The notes under the pieces: generated by a model
What the model was told of the DNA's origin: nothing
Databases searched by the model: none
The model's input: only the letters and a program-made list of their open reading frames with translations
Program-made: the position numbers and the translations under genes
Shown: one piece after another, positions 8,650 to 16,408 of the stretch
Layout: every line of letters starts with the position of its first letter
Numbering within the stretch: position 1 is the first letter of the stretch
Assembly: GCA_039809905.1 (NCBI GenBank)
Contig: JBDHVY010000001.1
Span: 600,001 to 632,000, forward strand
Reading direction: 5' to 3'
DNA length: 32,000 bases
Source: Candidatus Babelota bacterium
GTDB lineage: Bacteria > Babelota > Babeliae > Babelales > Vermiphilaceae

Positions 8650-9714
8650 ATGTTTGTTCGATGTGTGTTGATGGCAGCATTTTTAGTTTCGTCGCATTTA
8701 TCCTCCATGGATTCGGTAATCAAGCCAGAAGAATCTCTTAAGCTCAGAATAATGACGTATAATACCTGTAATTTTTGGGGCATGGCCGATAAAGCAGAAA
8801 CAGCTCATCTGACGTGGGATGCAAGAAAAGATAGGATTATTAGATTAATTTTAGATGAAAAACCAGATATTGTTGGGTTTCAAGAACTGAGAGATGATAA
8901 TGAAAAATCAACACTGAAAGATTTATGGCTTGGTCTAGCTGATCATGGATATAGAATAGAAAGCGTTAAGCATAATCCTTCTCCAGGTTCTTATATTAAT
9001 GTAATAGCATATAACAGTAATAAATTAATGTCAGACAATGTTCATCGTTGGTGGCTATCAGAAACTCCTGATAAGTGTTCTGATTCATGGGGAAATGGAT
9101 GGGGAAATGCTGCATTAATGGTTTCATTGTATCCTATTATTAAGCAAAAAAAAGGAAACTTTGATGTTTCGTTTCCTGATTATACCAGACCTGTTCATGT
9201 TGCTAATGTACATAATGGCTTAAAGCATCAAGAAAAAATGAAAACAAATATTGTTCTGGTGAATGAAATTGATAGGCGTACACAGGGCAGTAAAGGAGTT
9301 GTTATTCTTACAGGAGATTTTAACAGTTTTCCAGAGCCTGAGCGCGGCGGAGCAATAGAATTGGCTATACTGAAAGATGCTGGTTATAGCGAATTATTGA
9401 ATGATTTAAAAACCAAAAATGGAATAGCCATTTCAGGTACCTTTATTGGCTATTCATCGGATAGATTTCAGTGTCCGACTGGTACATTATCTGGTCAATT
9501 AGATCATATTTTTTTGAAAAATTTATCCAATGTTGCATTTGGATCAAAATCATATGTAAATATGAAAAAATATAATGGCAAAGATAAAGAAGATGCAACT
9601 ACCCAAGCAGAACTACTAATGGGACCTGATGGCAAAGAAGTTCGGGACGAATTTCCATCAGATCATGTACCAGGAATTGTCGATTTAGAAATTTTATTTA
9701 ATATTGCCAAGTAA
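8650..9714 (+). CDS. Secreted endonuclease/exonuclease/phosphatase (EEP) family protein
   Basis: The start is chosen at ATG 8650, with AAAGGAG 5-6 nt upstream; the listed ORF begins at 8602. Signal peptide is MFVRCVLMAAFLVSSHLSS|MD. EEP motifs are LRIMTYNTCNF, PDIVGFQELRD, LTGDFNS, LDHIF and the C-terminal PSDHVP. Confidence 0.8.
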   Translation: MFVRCVLMAAFLVSSHLSSMDSVIKPEESLKLRIMTYNTCNFWGMADKAETAHLTWDARKDRIIRLILDEKPDIVGFQELRDDNEKSTLKDLWLGLADHGYRIESVKHNPSPGSYINVIAYNSNKLMSDNVHRWWLSETPDKCSDSWGNGWGNAALMVSLYPIIKQKKGNFDVSFPDYTRPVHVANVHNGLKHQEKMKTNIVLVNEIDRRTQGSKGVVILTGDFNSFPEPERGGAIELAILKDAGYSELLNDLKTKNGIAISGTFIGYSSDRFQCPTGTLSGQLDHIFLKNLSNVAFGSKSYVNMKKYNGKDKEDATTQAELLMGPDGKEVRDEFPSDHVPGIVDLEILFNIAK

Positions 9715-9755
9715 TATAAGCACAGTCATATTGTTTTTGAGACAGGTGATTTGCT

Positions 9756-9801
9756 TCTCCTTTAAAAACAAAGTTTTTGTTTTTAAAGGAGATTTTTTTT
9801 T
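9756..9801 (+). terminator. Rho-independent terminator after the EEP gene
   Basis: Perfect 15-bp stem tctcctttaaaaaca (9756-9770) pairs with tgtttttaaaggaga (9778-9792), followed by a T9 run. Confidence 0.8.
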
Positions 9802-9804
9802 GTG

Positions 9805-9810
9805 TATAAT
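9805..9810 (+). promoter_or_regulatory. Candidate -10 box (TATAAT) for eno
   Basis: A consensus TATAAT lies 25 nt upstream of the eno ATG, immediately after the preceding terminator. A weak -35 (TTTAAA) sits at 17-bp spacing. Confidence 0.3.
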
Positions 9811-9835
9811 GATAAAAAAATGAAAAGGTTAAGTA

Positions 9836-11074
9836 ATGAAAATACAAGATATTCATGCTCGCGAAATTTTTGATTCACGAGGCACTCCAACTATTGAATG
9901 TGATCTTATTTTAAATGACGGTACGATGTTTACTTCATCCGTGCCATCAGGCATTTCTCGTGGTATGTATGAAGCTGCTGAACTACGTGATGGCGGTGAT
10001 CGATTAATGGGGTTAGGGGTACAAAAAGCGGTTGATATTATTGAAGATATTATAGCGCCGACTTTGCTTGATAGAGATCCTGATGTAATTGCGTTTGATC
10101 TTGAATTATTAGAATTGGATCAAACAAAAAATAAATCTCATCTTGGTTCAAATGCAATGCTTGCTGTGAGTATGGCTGTATGCAAAGCACAGGCTTATGC
10201 AGAACATCTTGAGTTGTATGAATTGATTGCGCATCTTGTGCAGTATTCATCCGTTTCTTTACCGTGTCCTATGTTTAATATTCTTGGCGGTGGTTTGCAT
10301 GCGGATAATCATTTTCCGATACAAGAAATTTTAATTGTTCCTACAAAAGAATTTTCCTTTCATGAATCTATGGAAACAGGAGTTACTATTTTCCATACGC
10401 TTAGAAAACTATTAAAAAATGGGGGGAAAATAACAGCAATGGGTTATGAAGGGTGCTTTGTTCCATCTTTTAAAAATGAACGAGAAGCATTTGATTTGTT
10501 GATGGAAGCAATTCATATATCAGGCAGAGGGGATAATGTTATGATTTCGCTTGATGTTGCAGCATCACATTTATTTAATCACGAAACAGGATTATACAAT
10601 TGGTTTGGTGATCAGCTTTCATCACAACAATTAATAGGAAAATATCATTCTCTTATTTCAAATTATCCCATTTATTCGATAGAAGATGGATTAGATCAAA
10701 CTGATTGGAACGGCTGGCATGCTATGAAATCTGCGATAGGCGATCAAATCAAGCTTATTGGTGATGATTTATTTGTGACAGATTCACAACGAATTTGGAA
10801 AGGCATAGAAAATGATTGTGCAACAAGCGCGCTTATTAAACCAAATCAGATTGGCACGGTAACAGAAGCACTTCAGGCTGCTGTGTTGTGTAAAGATAAT
10901 AATTGGGATGTAGTTGTTTCCCATCGCTCAGGGGAAACAAATGATTCATTTATAGCCGACCTTGCTGTTGGTGTTAGTGCAGAACATATTAAGGCTGGCG
11001 GATGCCATAACGGTGAACGTATGGCAAAATATAATCGGTTACTTGAAATTGAGCAAGATTTAACGTCACAATAA
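9836..11074 (+). CDS. eno: Enolase (phosphopyruvate hydratase)
   Basis: Motifs found are SRGTPTIE, VPSGISRGMYEAAELRDGG, LDVAAS, SIEDGL, GDDLFVT, IKPNQIGT and SHRSGETND. At 412 aa it is somewhat short and divergent (GYEGCFVP in place of the usual GDEGGFAP). Confidence 0.92.
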   Translation: MKIQDIHAREIFDSRGTPTIECDLILNDGTMFTSSVPSGISRGMYEAAELRDGGDRLMGLGVQKAVDIIEDIIAPTLLDRDPDVIAFDLELLELDQTKNKSHLGSNAMLAVSMAVCKAQAYAEHLELYELIAHLVQYSSVSLPCPMFNILGGGLHADNHFPIQEILIVPTKEFSFHESMETGVTIFHTLRKLLKNGGKITAMGYEGCFVPSFKNEREAFDLLMEAIHISGRGDNVMISLDVAASHLFNHETGLYNWFGDQLSSQQLIGKYHSLISNYPIYSIEDGLDQTDWNGWHAMKSAIGDQIKLIGDDLFVTDSQRIWKGIENDCATSALIKPNQIGTVTEALQAAVLCKDNNWDVVVSHRSGETNDSFIADLAVGVSAEHIKAGGCHNGERMAKYNRLLEIEQDLTSQ

Positions 11075-11077
11075 GTC

Positions 11078-11113
11078 AAAACTCCCGTTTATCAATAATA
11101 AACGGGAGTTTTT
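11078..11113 (+). terminator. Rho-independent terminator after eno (between convergent genes)
   Basis: 14-bp stem aaactcccgtttat (11078-11092, the leading aaa shared with the upstream A-run) pairs with ataaacgggagttt (11098-11111), followed by a T-run. Confidence 0.8.
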
Positions 11114-11134
11114 ATGACAATATTATTTTTAGTC

Positions 11135-11542
11135 TTATCGCATTTTTATGATTTCTGATTCTTTAATATTACCATCCTTTGAGAAAAAGCCTTTTAAACC
11201 TTTTTTTGCAGGTTTTTGAGGACGTAATCTTTTAGTATCCTGATCCCATTCTAAGAACACTGTTTGAGTTTTTGGGGTTACGTTGATCTTATACATACGA
11301 CCTGCTGGATTTAAATTAGCAAATATGGATACATAAAAAGGTCTATTAAATGGTATTGATCCTGAATATTCATCACCAGTATCAATTGTATCTATATAAT
11401 TGGAATAACTACTATCTATTGGATCAGTAAGTAAAGCTGAAATTTCATGAGATCGCGATACGTTTTTTAGTTTAAAATCAATTGCTTGTAAGTTTATAAC
11501 GGTTGCAACGATAGCAAATATGGCAAGCTTCATTGTTTTCAT
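11135..11542 (-). CDS. Small secreted hypothetical protein (135 aa)
   Basis: ORF with signal peptide MKTMKLAIFAIVATVINLQA|IDF. No recognisable domain. No lipobox, so it is not a typical pilotin. Confidence 0.55.
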   Translation of the reverse strand: MKTMKLAIFAIVATVINLQAIDFKLKNVSRSHEISALLTDPIDSSYSNYIDTIDTGDEYSGSIPFNRPFYVSIFANLNPAGRMYKINVTPKTQTVFLEWDQDTKRLRPQKPAKKGLKGFFSKDGNIKESEIIKMR

Positions 11543-11701
11543 AATATTTTCTCTACATTAAAATAATTAATATAATATACATGGCTTCTATTGATAATAT
11601 TAACCAATAAAAAATTCAAATTGCAATGGTTTTTGGTTGATTATATCGAAACTTACTGAATTTTAGATAACCGGGGTACCCATTTTTCGGAGAAATGGGC
11701 T

Positions 11702-11727
11702 AAAAAAAACCCCAGTGTTTCTGGGGG
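11702..11727 (-). terminator. Rho-independent terminator ending the secretin operon
   Basis: On the minus strand, ccccag / ctgggg form a stem followed by T8 (plus-strand A-run at 11702-11709). It lies 10 nt after the stop of secretin B. A second hairpin (cccattt/aaatggg, 11679-11699) follows. Confidence 0.8.
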
Positions 11728-11736
11728 TTGGCTTCT

Positions 11737-14202
11737 TTATGTTCTCAAGAATGGATTAGGATCATCTCCAACTATACATTTTAAATCAGGTAATTGTTCG
11801 GTATTTATAGTTTGATTTGCATCATTATAGGAGATAGTAAGACCTGTTTTTCGTGTTAATGCCGTGGTGCTATCAATATCTTGCAGATCAGGATTGATGT
11901 TCTTTTTAAGTTCTTTATCCTTAACGGTGTTTTTGCGCGCTGTAAGACTTTCATCTTGAGATGCAAAATCGTCAAGAGCAGTTGCTATATCAACTTCTGC
12001 TTTAAAGAACCAACGAGTAATTGGGTCTTTAAGTGAATCAAATAAATCTCCTCGTGCATAATCTTTTGCTACGTCAATATAATCTTGCGTATATTCGTTT
12101 ATTCCTTGTCGCAGACGAGGCTCAACTATGGTTGGAGATATGAAAACAGTAAGATTATTTTTTATTATGTCTTTTCTTTTTCTTTTAAAGAACCAACCAA
12201 TTATAGGAATTTTTCCTAAGACAGGAACTTCAGCCATAGAGTCAGTTGTAGTGGTTCTAATTAAACCACCAAGAGCAAATATACCGCCACTTTTTATGTT
12301 TGCATTGGTCTCAAGGGTACGTACGTTTTTAACGTTACCAGGGCCATCTTGCCATTCGTTGATATCAATAAGAATTTGAAGATTAACGGTATTTGCAGAG
12401 CTAATGCGTGGCGTTATTTTCACGACAAGGTTAGCTGCAATAGGTTTATGTTTAATGGTTGTTGCACCACCATAATAGTTACCGGCTATATCTTTTACTC
12501 TATCAGTAAGCCAACGTGTTTGACCTATAGAAACAATTGCTTCTTTATTATTTCGTGCAATAACGTGTGGATGAGAAAGTATTTTGGAATTGGTAAATAG
12601 TTGTTGTAATTCCCAAATACTCCACGTGCTGCCATTATTATCATTTAGTGAAAGCATAGTAGTTCCAAAATCAATGGAAGGATTTAATAATGTTGCAATG
12701 TTATTTGTACCAGGAGAAGGATTTGCAAGTGTTCCATCAGCATTATAGCCATTGCTTAAAAGATCGGATTCAATGGTGGTAGTTGGCACCGGAGGCAATT
12801 CACTCGGAAGTACTTGTTCAAGCATTGCCGATTGAAATTCTATATCATCAGGAAGAGGTACTTTATCAGGCATACGTGTCATGGCACCTAAAAGTCTTAC
12901 ATCGTCTACCGTTAAATCTGCTATGAGTACTTCAATAAGAACTTGTTTTTGGGGAGTATCTAGTTCCTCAATTAATTTTTTTATTTGTTTCCAATCATCA
13001 TTACGAGCAGCAATAACTAAATTGTTACCACCATAAAAAGTAGGGCGTTGTTCTTTGACAGGAGTGTTAGCATTATCTACTTCTTGATTGAGTGGACTAT
13101 CAGTATGAATAATTACTTTATCAAAAAAGCGTTCTGTGCCGCCGCCTTTGCGCTCACCAGCACTTGCTTGACTTGGACCACCTGATTCTCCTCTGTCTTC
13201 TACTATCCTTGTTAATACCGGAGCAAGATCACGTGCATTAAGATATTGCAAATGATATACGTGCAGAATTGATTTACCAGTATCTGGTGCAACATCTATA
13301 TATTTTTTAATAAAATCTTTTAAACGTTCAACTGCTTGAGGACGGCCAAGAATAATTAATTTATTTAAACGTGTTTCAGGAATTATTTTGGTGAATCCAG
13401 AAAAATAAGGAATTTCTTTGGCTTTTTTAGTATCAAGGCGATAAGGATTATTATTTTCTGGTTTAATGAGCTGTTGGTTGATTAATTCTGCAACAATACT
13501 TGCAGAAGTATGATGCAATGATATGATATCTACTTTTTCCTGAAAATCGAGATGATCAAGTTCTATGATAATTTTCATTGCACCACGAATATCATTTGCT
13601 TTTGCAATTAATAAAAGTCCATTGGTAACTGGATCGCCTTTAATGAGAGCATTTTCAGGTAAAATATCTTTTAAAATACCATTTAATTCATTATCTTGCT
13701 GATCAGAAACTTTAATGTTGGCAAGATAGTAAAGATAGCGAATTGGTTGATCAGTATTTGGTAAATCATCAGGATGAACACCGATATATGTTGTCATTGG
13801 TTCTCGTGAAATTTCTTTTCCACTTTTGACGATTCTAATGAGCGAACCTTGCTGAACAACAAAAAATCCTGCAACATCAAGTAATGTTTCAAGAATATTC
13901 CATGCTTGAGAAAGTGTCATTTTATCATCAATATGGAGTGTTACTTTTGTATTAAGAGTTTCTCCTGGAGGAAAGATGACATTAAAATTTTTTAATGCTG
14001 CTAAAGTATTAACGATGTTGCCAAGGTCTTCATTATCATATTTAAACACGATATCTGCGCGTTCTTGTTCATCTGTTTCTGTTGTGATGTCGTCTGTTTC
14101 ATCTATATTTTGACAATAAACAGGTGAAATACAGATGAATATATTCAAAGCAAGCGCAATGAAATATTTTGAGAGCAGATTGATGATTGTATGTATTTTC
14201 AT
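11737..14202 (-). CDS. Secretin B (GspD/PilQ superfamily, N0 + N1-type repeats + secretin domain + 126-aa C-terminal extension)
   Basis: Signal peptide ...ICISPVYC|QN. N0-like segment IVFKYDNEDLGNIVNTLAALKNFNVIF. Repeated N1-type modules are present. Secretin-domain hallmarks are VLIEVLIADLT, HPHVIARNNKEAIVSIG and VPVLGKIPIIGWFFKRKRK. SD AAGGA lies upstream. Confidence 0.9.
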   Translation of the reverse strand: MKIHTIINLLSKYFIALALNIFICISPVYCQNIDETDDITTETDEQERADIVFKYDNEDLGNIVNTLAALKNFNVIFPPGETLNTKVTLHIDDKMTLSQAWNILETLLDVAGFFVVQQGSLIRIVKSGKEISREPMTTYIGVHPDDLPNTDQPIRYLYYLANIKVSDQQDNELNGILKDILPENALIKGDPVTNGLLLIAKANDIRGAMKIIIELDHLDFQEKVDIISLHHTSASIVAELINQQLIKPENNNPYRLDTKKAKEIPYFSGFTKIIPETRLNKLIILGRPQAVERLKDFIKKYIDVAPDTGKSILHVYHLQYLNARDLAPVLTRIVEDRGESGGPSQASAGERKGGGTERFFDKVIIHTDSPLNQEVDNANTPVKEQRPTFYGGNNLVIAARNDDWKQIKKLIEELDTPQKQVLIEVLIADLTVDDVRLLGAMTRMPDKVPLPDDIEFQSAMLEQVLPSELPPVPTTTIESDLLSNGYNADGTLANPSPGTNNIATLLNPSIDFGTTMLSLNDNNGSTWSIWELQQLFTNSKILSHPHVIARNNKEAIVSIGQTRWLTDRVKDIAGNYYGGATTIKHKPIAANLVVKITPRISSANTVNLQILIDINEWQDGPGNVKNVRTLETNANIKSGGIFALGGLIRTTTTDSMAEVPVLGKIPIIGWFFKRKRKDIIKNNLTVFISPTIVEPRLRQGINEYTQDYIDVAKDYARGDLFDSLKDPITRWFFKAEVDIATALDDFASQDESLTARKNTVKDKELKKNINPDLQDIDSTTALTRKTGLTISYNDANQTINTEQLPDLKCIVGDDPNPFLRT

Positions 14203-14207
14203 CTATC

Positions 14208-14777
14208 CTATTCCTTAGCTGGGGTAGTTTCTATTTTTGGTAACAATGTCGAAATAGTTAAGGTAACATCAATTGTCTTAGGTCTATTTTTTGGCGCAAC
14301 AATATCAAGGCGGTTGGTTGCAACACGTGGATTTTGTTCTAACTTTTCCAAAAGTATAGTTAAATCCTGCATAGTCATGCCTTCAAATTTTGTGGTAAGT
14401 TCACTTTTTCGATAATTTTCTTCAAGATCAGTTGTGCTTATTTCTTCGCTTACTTTTTTATCTGTCATGTGCAAGTCTTCTAGCAGTTTTTTAAAATATC
14501 CTGCAATTTTAAAATTGGGATCTTTTGCGAGAATTTCTTCTACAACAATTTGCTGTTGTTTGACTATCGCGTAGCGATCAAAAATTTCCCGGACTTCTTC
14601 GCGATATCCTTCTAATGATTTTATTTTTTTTTGTAATCCACTCATTGAGCTGTAATAATAAATGATTATAAGGATACAAAGTAATAGGCAGGATGATGCA
14701 TACCCTATCATATAAATATAAAAGGTTCTTAGATCGATTTTATTGATAAATATTTTTATTGGTTCTAGGAACTTCAT
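14208..14777 (-). CDS. Bitopic inner-membrane protein, PilO/GspM-like
   Basis: 189 aa with a short cytoplasmic N-terminus, one TM helix (MIGYASSCLLLCILIIIYYY), then a coiled-coil and a small periplasmic domain. Its position after the PilM/N-like gene and the ATGA overlap with it (14774-14777), with GAGGAG as SD, support the call. The assignment rests on architecture and context, not on a motif. Confidence 0.5.
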   Translation of the reverse strand: MKFLEPIKIFINKIDLRTFYIYMIGYASSCLLLCILIIIYYYSSMSGLQKKIKSLEGYREEVREIFDRYAIVKQQQIVVEEILAKDPNFKIAGYFKKLLEDLHMTDKKVSEEISTTDLEENYRKSELTTKFEGMTMQDLTILLEKLEQNPRVATNRLDIVAPKNRPKTIDVTLTISTLLPKIETTPAKE

Positions 14778-16408
14778 GAAGGCTCCTCATTACCAACTAA
14801 GGTTAGTTTCATAGTAAATTGTGGCATTTCCGGTGATTCAATTGGTCGAAGTATCTTTGATTGTTCTAGTTCGCGTTCAAATTCCTTGAGTGCTTCACTA
14901 TCTCGCACTTCAGCTTTTAGTGTTAAAATTCCGTCAGCTATATTGATTTGTTCAACCTTGAGATCAATTTTTTTTCTATCAATCTTTGAGGATAATTCGA
15001 GCAAATATTGCAAAAATGATGCGCGAGATTGATGAGAGAAAGCAAACCATCTTTTTTGTAATTCTTCCATTTCTTGATTTGCATCCTCAATAACATCATC
15101 ATCTAATGTTTTTGGATTTTCTAAAGTATTGAAAGTTGCAGTAAGAGCATCAAGTGCTTGTTTTTCAGAAATATGCGCAACTTCTTTTAATTTGCTTGTT
15201 TGAACATAATAGTGTGTGATCAGAGTGGCAAATATAGTTATGGTCAGAACAATAAGAACAATTAATTGCTTAAGAAGCAATGAATCGCTTTGTGTTATAA
15301 ATTCTTTCTGTGCAAGATTGTAATCAACGGTTATGGCAAGAGGCAATGTGGCGCTTACGCTAATGGCGTTAAAGGGAGTAATAAGATTGCCATTTTTTAT
15401 CGTAGATGGTGGATCTTGTATTGTTTCTTCAGCAGTAAAGAGTTCGCAACTTAATCCTGTTTTTTGTGCAATAAAAGGTACCAAGCCTTTAATAATGGAG
15501 CCACTACCAAGGAAAATAATCTTTGTTATAGGTCGGCGATTTAATAATTGTGCATTGAAAGAATTTAAGGTAAAGCTAACTCCATCCCACCATTCGGAAG
15601 TATTTTTTTGTATTGTTGATGAATGTTCAGCATTTTCAGTTTGCTCAAGCCCAAATCGTAATAAGTAGTCTACTGTTTCTTGAAGACTCTTATTAAGTTC
15701 TTGAGCAATTTGTTTGGTGAGAGCGCTAATACCTTTTGGTAATGTACGTACTGTTTTTAATTGTCCATCAACCATAAACGCAATAGCAGTTGAATGACCG
15801 GTTATATTAATTAAAGCGGTTCCACCTTCTAAGTTTTTATATGCACTAATGGATTTATATAATCCATAGATGGATATCATATCGATAGTAATAACTTCTG
15901 GTCGTATGCCTATTGCTTCAAAAAGTGCTATGTGTTGAATAATATGTTGTTTTTGAACAGCAGTTACTAAAATTTCAGAACTTTTTTCTTCAGGAATTTG
16001 CCTGGTTATAATAAAATCTATTGCTGCATCACGCAAAGAAAAAGGTAAAAGAGGTTCTATTTCAAACCCTATTACCATGCTTATTTTATCTCGAGAAGTA
16101 AAAGGAAGTTTTAGTTCTTTAAATACAACAACAGAACTTGCCAGTACGGTATGAATTTCATCATACGAACCTATTTTGGCAAAAATGGCTTTTAAAGCAG
16201 GTGATGTTGGATCAATATCTTCTTCTGATACCTCTTCTGATATCTTTTCTTCAACAATAAGTTCAATAGTGCTGGTTGTTCCGGTAATGCGTGTTTTTGT
16301 AGCAATAATTTTTGTTTTATTAATCTCAACAGCAACAACTATTTTGGTAAAAAGATAATAGGATTTTATTTTTTCTGGCAACAATACGTCTTTAATGAAT
16401 GTGCTCAT
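14774..16408 (-). CDS. PilM-like actin-fold domain fused via one TM helix to a PilN/GspL-type periplasmic domain (GspL-like architecture)
   Basis: The N-terminal ~370 aa resembles PilM/FtsA-type ATPase folds (VVVFKELKLPF, EIEPLLPF, ITIDMISIYGL, ALINITGHSTAIAFMVDG, IIFLGSGSIIKGL). Next comes a TM helix LLLKQLIVLIVLTITIFATLITHYY, then a ~150-aa coiled-coil/periplasmic part. There is a strong SD (AAGGAGG) and an ATGA overlap with the upstream secretin (16405-16408). Confidence 0.75.
   Translation of the reverse strand: MSTFIKDVLLPEKIKSYYLFTKIVVAVEINKTKIIATKTRITGTTSTIELIVEEKISEEVSEEDIDPTSPALKAIFAKIGSYDEIHTVLASSVVVFKELKLPFTSRDKISMVIGFEIEPLLPFSLRDAAIDFIITRQIPEEKSSEILVTAVQKQHIIQHIALFEAIGIRPEVITIDMISIYGLYKSISAYKNLEGGTALINITGHSTAIAFMVDGQLKTVRTLPKGISALTKQIAQELNKSLQETVDYLLRFGLEQTENAEHSSTIQKNTSEWWDGVSFTLNSFNAQLLNRRPITKIIFLGSGSIIKGLVPFIAQKTGLSCELFTAEETIQDPPSTIKNGNLITPFNAISVSATLPLAITVDYNLAQKEFITQSDSLLLKQLIVLIVLTITIFATLITHYYVQTSKLKEVAHISEKQALDALTATFNTLENPKTLDDDVIEDANQEMEELQKRWFAFSHQSRASFLQYLLELSSKIDRKKIDLKVEQINIADGILTLKAEVRDSEALKEFERELEQSKILRPIESPEMPQFTMKLTLVGNEEPS

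Noticed and set aside
9836-11074. Deviations in conserved enolase motifs (GYEGCFVP for GDEGGFAP, SGISRG for SGASTG), possibly indicating a non-catalytic moonlighting enolase
   Set aside because: The residues I recall as catalytic or metal-binding appear retained: Ser in the SG.S.G loop, Glu in .EG., D/E/D in LDVAAS/SIEDG/GDDL, Lys in KPNQIGT, and the SHRSGET motif. This is most simply a divergent functional enzyme.
12128-12379. Plus-strand ORFs (12128-12379 and 16724-16954) both encoding ...LKNQPIIG..., which look like a conserved small-protein pair
   Set aside because: They are the antisense reading of the conserved secretin motif PIIGWFFK in the two minus-strand secretin genes. The similarity is a mirror of the secretin paralogy, not an independent gene.
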